A DNA stretch of 33,765 nt from an uncultured bacterium (GTDB taxonomy: Bacteria; CAYJRR01). The stretch lies in NCBI GenBank assembly GCA_964372275.1, contig CAYJRR010000043.1, positions 1 through 33,765 on the forward strand, read 5' to 3'. The notes under the pieces were generated by a model, which was not told where the DNA came from, made no database searches, and saw nothing but the letters and a program-made list of their open reading frames with translations. The position numbers and the translations under genes were made by a program. Position 1 is the first letter of the stretch; every line of letters begins with the position of its first letter. Below, one piece after another: positions 25,801 through 33,765 of this stretch.

Positions 25801-27757
25801 CCGCCCCCTCGGTACAGGCAGGCGGAGCGGTGCCTCCGTCGTCATCGCAAACGGTCTCGACCGTCCCGTCCCCCCAGTTGATCGTCACCTTCTTGATCTC
25901 GTTCGAGACGGATGCCGGATCGGAAACGGTGTAGGTCACCGTCACGTCCGCACCCTCGTTCGACGGATCGAGGGTATCGGCGGTGATGGTGATCGTCGGG
26001 CTGACGTTGAGGACGTTGAAGGGGCCGTCGGTGGCCGAGGCGCTGCTGTCCTCGTCGAACACCGTCAACTTGGCGCTGATCGCGGTTCGGTTGTCGTCGT
26101 AGGCGAATGTGAAGACGCTGTTGAACGCGCCCCCGGAGCCGCCGCATTGCGCGGTGCCGAAGTTGAAGCTCTGCTCCGCGATCGGCCCGGTGCCGTCCGG
26201 ATCCCACTTGCAACCGTCCGTGGTCCGGATCGGGTCGGACGTCCCGTCGGCCGCTCCGGAGGCGATGTTCGCCTTGAAGGTGACGGTCGACCCCTCGTTG
26301 GGGTTGGCCGGCGCGCCGCCGTCGGTGTGGGTGAGACCGGTGATCGTCGGATCGACGTCGGCGATCACGAACATCGCCGAGTTGCTGCCGACCATCGAGT
26401 TGGGTCCCGGAATGCCGGCCGCCGTCTGGTCGGTCACGCGCACCACGACGGTGTAGGTCCCTTGCGTGTTGTAGACGGTGAACGACGAGATCGCCCCGGA
26501 GGTCGTGACGGCGAGGCTGCTGTCGGCCGTGAAGACGCCGGTGTAGTTGAAGTCCCACTCGGTGAGCCAGTCGGCGTCGGGGGAATCGACGAACGAGGAG
26601 TTGTAGGTGATCGTGCTCCCTTCCTTGAGCGTCGACGAGGAGGTCGGCGCCGTCACCACCGCCGCCGCGTTGTTGATCGTTTGCATCTTGGTCTTGGTGA
26701 CCGTTCCGTCGGTATCGGTCACCGACAGGGTGATCGTCTTGGTCGACGGATCGCCGTCGGCGTAGGTGTGGGTGGCGCTGACGGTGATGTTGGTTCCGTT
26801 GCCGGGGCAGTCGGGCTCGTTCTCGGAGTTGCCGTCACCCCAATCCCAGGAGCAGGAGACGACCGGCTCCTGCGCCGAGGCGGTGACGAGCGCCGAGAAG
26901 CTGGTCGATTGCCGCTCGATGGAGGTGGTGGGGGTTGACGAAATCTCACCGATGAACGGCTCGTGGTCCGAAACGACGACGTCGAAGGCGCTGTTGAAGA
27001 TCCCGCCACCGTCGCTGTCCTCGTTGTCGACGCGGAGCTCCCCGGAGAAGGTCCCCGAGTTGACGTAGGTGTGCGAGGTGTTCACCGTCGAAGGGGTGCA
27101 GGGATCGATCACCGTGTTCGGCGTGCCGTCCCCCCAGACCCAGGTGCAGTTGTAGCTCTCGTAGAGTACGTCCGGATTCGGAACCGTATCGATCGCCGGA
27201 TCGGTGAAGGTGCCGGTGGTGGTGAGCGCCGTGTCCTCTTCCACCGCGTAGGTGTTGGGATTGGCGTTGGAGGCGTCGACCGTCGTGCCGACTTCGTTGA
27301 TCGTGACCGTGTCCTGCTGCGTCGCTCCGCCACCGCCATCCCCGTCGGCTGCGCAGACGATGGTGTGGTCGCCGGCCGTGCCGCCGTTGGTGTCCAGGCT
27401 GTCCCGGAAGGTGTGCGCTTGCCCATCGCACGTCGAGTTCAGGGCGCCGCACGTAGCCGGAGTCCCGCTGGCGTCGCAGACCACCGTGATGAACTGGGTT
27501 CCGGTTGAGGGGTTGATCTCTCCCCACCGAACCTCGACGTGGCTGATGTTTTCGGCAACTACGGTCGCATCCCCTCCGGTGAGGCTGATCGAGGTCCCCT
27601 CCATGGCCGTATCCACCGAAACGGCGATCACGGTCAGGTTGACGAGCGCCGATCTCCTCAGGCCGACGTCTGGCTCCTCCCCCGCACTACCGCACCCGAC
27701 GGAAATGCCGATCGACAGAAGACCACACCCGACGAGACCCACGCGCAGAGATGTCAC
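22874..27757 (-). CDS. Large surface adhesin-like protein (1627 aa): lipoprotein-type N-terminus, about 9 PKD/Ig-like repeats, cadherin/He_PIG-like domain, TSP3-like Ca-binding motifs, 4 Fn3-like repeats, MYXO-CTERM
   Basis: Start moved to GTG 27757 (GGGAGGAGAGGG upstream); ...SIGISVG|C; WVWGDG, WDWGDG, INWGDG, YDWGDG, IDFMGDG, YDFENDG with HTY motifs; DPGSDTLTFTL..GP.GM..GVIAWTP; DTDADGMSDLWE and DSDNDGMSNIEE..GTDP; four TD.[DN][GL][DN].L.Y.F...YW repeats; C-terminal sorting motif. Confidence 0.92.
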   Translation of the reverse strand: MTSLRVGLVGCGLLSIGISVGCGSAGEEPDVGLRRSALVNLTVIAVSVDTAMEGTSISLTGGDATVVAENISHVEVRWGEINPSTGTQFITVVCDASGTPATCGALNSTCDGQAHTFRDSLDTNGGTAGDHTIVCAADGDGGGGATQQDTVTINEVGTTVDASNANPNTYAVEEDTALTTTGTFTDPAIDTVPNPDVLYESYNCTWVWGDGTPNTVIDPCTPSTVNTSHTYVNSGTFSGELRVDNEDSDGGGIFNSAFDVVVSDHEPFIGEISSTPTTSIERQSTSFSALVTASAQEPVVSCSWDWGDGNSENEPDCPGNGTNITVSATHTYADGDPSTKTITLSVTDTDGTVTKTKMQTINNAAAVVTAPTSSSTLKEGSTITYNSSFVDSPDADWLTEWDFNYTGVFTADSSLAVTTSGAISSFTVYNTQGTYTVVVRVTDQTAAGIPGPNSMVGSNSAMFVIADVDPTITGLTHTDGGAPANPNEGSTVTFKANIASGAADGTSDPIRTTDGCKWDPDGTGPIAEQSFNFGTAQCGGSGGAFNSVFTFAYDDNRTAISAKLTVFDEDSSASATDGPFNVLNVSPTITITADTLDPSNEGADVTVTYTVSDPASVSNEIKKVTINWGDGTVETVCDDDGGTAPPACTEGAGQTFGPHAYEDDTEDLDGSVDLCGGASCTITMSVDDKDGGSGSDTEDHEVRNVLPFITDVTVSSPVPEGQAVSVFIEADDVADLDTLTYSIDFMGDGTCSAAAGDVCNSTLPGGSFVYGDESSTQPGGDYSMIITVCDDDNLSIAGGCVSLGKDAIVTDNPPDIITLVNTSPKNEAQTVTASIEINTVKGDTYTISYDWGDGTSPDTGCGRSCTHTYADDDADDTYILTVTVTDDEGGTDNATNSVTILNVPPVGSASNGGPVNEGTSVSISGVLVTDVAADTASLRCFYDFENDGTFGATPTAVAGGTCATSNTFADNGEKTVAIRLDDQDGGTTVVTTTVVVNNVAPSFVAPTGTNCNAVADGTGGAYDCDLDATDPGSDTLTFTLLTGPTGMTVGAADGVIAWTPTADQTRSSHTFTVRVSDDDGGSASFTRTVTSYLDTDADGMSDLWEDANGTDKSDPADSSADSDNDGMSNIEEFAAGTDPFTFDGPTQAVALSPVGGTEVTSATPTLRIRNATDPNGNTLTYSFEVYDNAALSGSAVYSVGSVAQGTIALTGGGTATDHTTGALPDNKRFYWRARAHDGEAFGAFTEVGTFFVNVANDAPSSPTLSAPSTGSEVASLFPMLQVGNSTDLDLDVLTYKFEVATTTAFGVAIVTSALTVAEGGGGMTSWTVAEALSDNTPYYWRARANDGTVDGGNTSVGRFFVNTSNDPPSPVALTAPDDGEEVETRTPTLSVANATDSDGDVLTYDFEIDVSAAFNAAVGGNEEQTSNETSFVSPQLDDNTWYFWRARANDGSAAGDWATRRFFVNTENDPPNSPVAQNPSSGSAVDRGSVVLTVRNTTDPDGDELAYTFTIYSDADLSDVHETIEEVPEGEDGQTSAVPTKKLAAGKSYYWTAMAVDDEGEPSEPSPAFEFRTFGAVGSGCAVARADTGRRAGASGGSAGAVALLALAPLGVAMSAWRRRKRESAGG
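22877..23026 (-). other. MYXO-CTERM protein-sorting signal
   Basis: GSGC (Cys codon 23015-23017), spacer, hydrophobic helix AVALLALAPLGVAMSAW, then RRRKR: the tripartite MYXO-CTERM pattern. Confidence 0.85.
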
Positions 27758-27844
27758 GTTCCCTCTCCTCCCCCAGAGTTCGCTCGCGGCCGGGAAAGCC
27801 GCGGCATCCGTTTTTACCACCGGCCTGGCAGAAGCTGCGTGAGC

Positions 27845-27864
27845 AAAATTACAAATGCAATTTT
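27845..27864. promoter_or_regulatory. AT-rich 20-bp near-palindromic operator upstream of the adhesin operon
   Basis: AAAATTACAAATGCAATTTT matches its reverse complement at 16 of 20 positions; it sits in the folK-adhesin intergenic gap. Confidence 0.55.
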
Positions 27865-27892
27865 TTCGGCACCCACGCGACGCGGGACGGAC

Positions 27893-28372
27893 TCACCGCA
27901 GATCGGAAACAAACAGCTCACGCATCGTCCGTCCGAGTCGCGGATGGACGTACATCGGTGCCAGTTCCGTCATCGGCCGCAGGACGAAATCTCGCCGGTG
28001 CGCCTCGGGATGCGGGACCGTGAGCCCGGACTCGTCGAGGACCGCTCCACCGTGGAACAACAGGTCGAGATCGATCGTGCGCGGCCCCCACCGCTCGCGG
28101 CGAACGCGACCGAGCGAACGCTCCACCGTCATCAACCGATCGAGCAGGTCGCGCGGCGAAACGTCGGTTCGGACCTCCCACACCTCGTTGAGGAACGGCC
28201 CCTGTCCCGGCGGTCCGCCGACCGCCGGAGTCTCGATCGTCGACGAGACACGCGTGACCTCCACGCGCGGCGGATCGTGAAGCGCGGCGCGGGCGGCGGC
28301 GAGATAGGCGCGGCGGTCGCCCAGAGGGCCCGCGAGGTTGCTGCCGGCGCCGATGTAGGCGACATCGATCAC
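27893..28372 (-). CDS. folK: 2-amino-4-hydroxy-6-hydroxymethyldihydropteridine diphosphokinase (HPPK)
   Basis: AYIGAGSNL, SS..ET..VG, Q..FLN, E..LGRVR.ERWGPRTIDLDLL, LTVPHP...R.FVL.P; GTGA overlap with the dapL stop. Confidence 0.96.
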   Translation of the reverse strand: MIDVAYIGAGSNLAGPLGDRRAYLAAARAALHDPPRVEVTRVSSTIETPAVGGPPGQGPFLNEVWEVRTDVSPRDLLDRLMTVERSLGRVRRERWGPRTIDLDLLFHGGAVLDESGLTVPHPEAHRRDFVLRPMTELAPMYVHPRLGRTMRELFVSDLR

Positions 28373-29553
28373 ATGCGGCGCAGGCGATCCAAGGCTTCGC
28401 GGATGCGCGGCTCGGGCTGCGTCAACGCGATGCGGAAGTAGCCCTCTCCGTGCTCACCGAAGCCGACGCCGGGGGTCACCACCACGCCGGTCGACAGCAG
28501 CACCTTCTTGCAGAACTCCTTCGAGCCGATCCCCTTCGGCGTCGGGACCCAGACGTAGAAGGCGGCGTCCGAGACGAACGGGTCGTATCCGGCGGATCGG
28601 AGCCCCTCGATGCAGGTCCGGTGACGTTCCTTCCAGGTCTCGCGCAGCGGCTTCAGGAGGTCGTCGCCGAGACCGTACGCGGTGAACGACGCCTCCTTGA
28701 TCGCCTCGAAGGCGCCGGAGTCGACGTTGGACTTCACCTTTCCCAGTCCGGCCACCAGTTCGCGGTTTCCCACGGCGAAACCGATCCGCCAGCCGGTCAT
28801 GTTGTAGGTCTTGGAGAGGGAGTGGAACTCGATCCCCCACTCCTTGGCGCCGTCGACCTGGAGGTACGACGTCGGCCGCTTCGTCTCGTCGAAGAAGATC
28901 TCGGAGTAGGCGTTGTCGTGGGCGGCGATGATCCCGTGCTTCGCGCAGAACCGCGCCACGTCCTCGAAGAAGGACGGCCCCGCCGTCGCCGCGGTCGGGT
29001 TGTTCGGATAGTTGAAAAAAAGCATCCGCGCCCGTGACCGCGCCTCGGCCGGGATCGCCTCCAACTCCGGCAGGAATCCGTTCTCGCGCCGGAGCGGAAC
29101 GAGGTGCGGCTCCCCCCCCGCGAAGATCGTCGCCGTGGCGTAGACCGGGTAGCCGGGGTTGGTGCACAGATTGACGTCTCCGGGGTTGGTGAAGGCCAAC
29201 GGGAAGTGGGCGATCCCCTCCTTGGAGCCGATCAACGCCACCACCTCGGTGTCCGGGTCGACCGTCACCCCGAACCGCCGGCCGTACCACTCCGCCGCCG
29301 CCACCCGGAAGGTCCGCATCCCTTCGTACGAAGGATATCGGTGATACGGCGCGTGCCGCACGGCCTTGGCCATGGCCGCGACGATCGGCTCGGGGGTGGG
29401 GATGTCCGGATCGCCGATCCCCAGGTCGATCAGGTCGACCCCCTTGGCCCTCTCCGCCCGCTTGATCTGGTCGATCTCGGCGAAGAGGTAGGGCGGGAGG
29501 CTGCGGATCCGATCTGCCAGCCGTATGCTGCGCGCGCCGCTCTGGGTGCTCAC
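28369..29553 (-). CDS. dapL: LL-diaminopimelate aminotransferase (class I/II PLP enzyme)
   Basis: ADRIRSLPPYLFAEID, LGIGDPD.PTP, HRYPSYEG, LIGSKEGIAH, NYPNNPT, HDNAY, PLP lysine in SLSKTYNMTGWRIG, TPGVGFG; dapL-folK adjacency is familiar from deltaproteobacteria. Confidence 0.85.
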   Translation of the reverse strand: MSTQSGARSIRLADRIRSLPPYLFAEIDQIKRAERAKGVDLIDLGIGDPDIPTPEPIVAAMAKAVRHAPYHRYPSYEGMRTFRVAAAEWYGRRFGVTVDPDTEVVALIGSKEGIAHFPLAFTNPGDVNLCTNPGYPVYATATIFAGGEPHLVPLRRENGFLPELEAIPAEARSRARMLFFNYPNNPTAATAGPSFFEDVARFCAKHGIIAAHDNAYSEIFFDETKRPTSYLQVDGAKEWGIEFHSLSKTYNMTGWRIGFAVGNRELVAGLGKVKSNVDSGAFEAIKEASFTAYGLGDDLLKPLRETWKERHRTCIEGLRSAGYDPFVSDAAFYVWVPTPKGIGSKEFCKKVLLSTGVVVTPGVGFGEHGEGYFRIALTQPEPRIREALDRLRRM

Positions 29554-29582
29554 TTCATGCCTCCACGGGGAAATTCGGTTGT

Positions 29583-29619
29583 GCTATCGATAGCCGCCGC
29601 CTGGAAGGGGCGGATTCTA
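29583..29619. promoter_or_regulatory. dapL/tex divergent control region: 12-bp palindrome GCTATCGATAGC (29583-29594) and minus-strand -10-like TAGAAT (29614-29619)
   Basis: Both motifs are directly visible in the 97-bp intergenic gap; function is inferred. Confidence 0.4.
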
Positions 29620-29650
29620 GCGACGACGCGCCCGGACACCAGCCTTCGAA

Positions 29651-32818
<3,168 letters not shown>

Positions 32819-32821
32819 TCA

Positions 32822-33667
32822 ATGGAACGTCGGCCCTTCGGCGCGTGGGGTCTCCCGGTCCCGGTGATCGGACAGGGCACCTGGCAGATGGAGGGCGACG
32901 ACCGACGCGCCTGCGTAGAGTCACTGCGTCGGGGCCTCGATCGGGGGATGACCCACGTCGACACCGCCGAGCTCTACGGCGATGGCCGGGTCGAGGAGAT
33001 CGTCGCGGAGGCGATCGGCCACCGCCGCGACGAGCTGTTCCTGGTCTCGAAGGTGCTCCCCCACAACGCGAGCGCCGAGGGGACGATCCGCGCCTGCGAA
33101 GGGAGCCTGCGCCGGCTCCGCACCGACCGGCTCGACCTCTACCTGCTGCACTGGCCGGGCGAACATCCGCTGGAGGGGACGATCGCCGCCTTCGAACGTC
33201 TGGTCGCCGACGGCAAGATCGTCCGCTGGGGGGTGAGCAACTTCGACCTCCCCGATCTCGAGGCCGCGGAACGGATCGCCGGCCCCGGACGCATCGCCTG
33301 CAACCAGGTCCTCTATCACCTGGGCGAGCGCGCCATCGAGCACGCCGTCCTGCCCTGGTGCGAGACGCGGCGGATCCCCGTCGTCGCCTACAGCCCCTTC
33401 GGCTCCGGCCGCTTCCCGCGTCCCGACACCCCCGCCGGCCGCACCCTCCGCGCCATCGCCGACGCCCGCCACGCCACCCCGCGCCAGGTGGCGCTCCGTT
33501 TCCTGATCCGGAACCCTCTCGTCTTCGCGATCCCCAAGTCGTCCGACCCCGCCCACGTCGCCGACAACGCCGCCTCCGGCGACCTCCGCCTCACCGCCGA
33601 CGACCTCGTCCGCCTCGAAGCCGCGTTTCCGCTCCGGCGAAAGCCGCGCGAGCTCCCCACGCTCTGA
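32822..33667 (+). CDS. Aldo/keto reductase
   Basis: VIGQGTWQM, HVDTAELYG (Asp/Tyr), FLVSKV (Lys), SLRRL.TDRLDLYLLHW (His), GVSNF, NQVLY, AYSPFG, AIPKS. Confidence 0.96.
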   Translation: MERRPFGAWGLPVPVIGQGTWQMEGDDRRACVESLRRGLDRGMTHVDTAELYGDGRVEEIVAEAIGHRRDELFLVSKVLPHNASAEGTIRACEGSLRRLRTDRLDLYLLHWPGEHPLEGTIAAFERLVADGKIVRWGVSNFDLPDLEAAERIAGPGRIACNQVLYHLGERAIEHAVLPWCETRRIPVVAYSPFGSGRFPRPDTPAGRTLRAIADARHATPRQVALRFLIRNPLVFAIPKSSDPAHVADNAASGDLRLTADDLVRLEAAFPLRRKPRELPTL

Positions 33668-33765
33668 CAACGCCGTCGAGTCCGATCTTCGGACATTGCC
33701 GACCGCTCCACCTTACGCCAGGTTTGCAGAATCGCCTTCGCGCGCACCGCTCCATTGGAACTTGA

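Noticed and set aside
23195-26938. 1247-aa plus-strand ORF
   Set aside because: Antisense mirror of the Asp/Thr-rich adhesin (Val/Gly/Arg-rich), with no domain signal.
21091-27757. Naming the genes traA and traB outright
   Set aside because: No recognisable TraA variable domain or Cys-rich repeat stalk, and no TSP3 repeats in the OmpA protein; the analogy is architectural until homology is tested.
33680-33765. Small hairpin GTCCGA-TCT-TCGGAC after the reductase and GGAACTT (ECF -35-like) at the window edge
   Set aside because: 6-bp stem without a U-tract; the promoter-like motif is truncated by the window end and cannot be evaluated.

Overview
High-GC (about 70% by eye), gene-dense bacterial DNA with a Myxococcota/deltaproteobacterial character: a MYXO-CTERM protein, two eukaryotic-like Ser/Thr kinases, an FHA-GAF-adenylate cyclase, dapL-folK and many lipoproteins. 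I read about 22 real CDSs; most other long ORFs in the track are GC-driven shadows. In order: a partial probable myxobacterial sigma factor divergent from a zf-HC2/kinase/TPR protein; a two-gene wbpD/wbpB-like sugar-nucleotide unit; a His-motif membrane protein; an alpha/beta-hydrolase lipoprotein; a di-heme RoxA/peroxidase-like lipoprotein running into a Yip1-MFP-ATPase-permease (YknWXYZ/MacAB-like) cassette; a kelch lipoprotein with a sigma54-type promoter; two lipoproteins carrying three CcmI/CycH C-terminal-like domains (one with a 7x His-rich heptad repeat) and no ccm genes; a kinase plus FHA-GAF-cyclase pair; a coupled operon of a 1627-aa PKD/Fn3-like MYXO-CTERM surface protein, a TraB-like beta-barrel/TPR/OmpA protein and a small lipoprotein; folK; dapL; Tex with large low-complexity insertions; and an aldo/keto reductase. 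The best candidates for undescribed systems are the TraAB-like adhesin operon (20555-27757) and the CycH-domain lipoprotein pair (14527-17033). No rRNA, tRNA, CRISPR array or mobile element was seen. All family calls come from motif recognition by eye; no searches were run.
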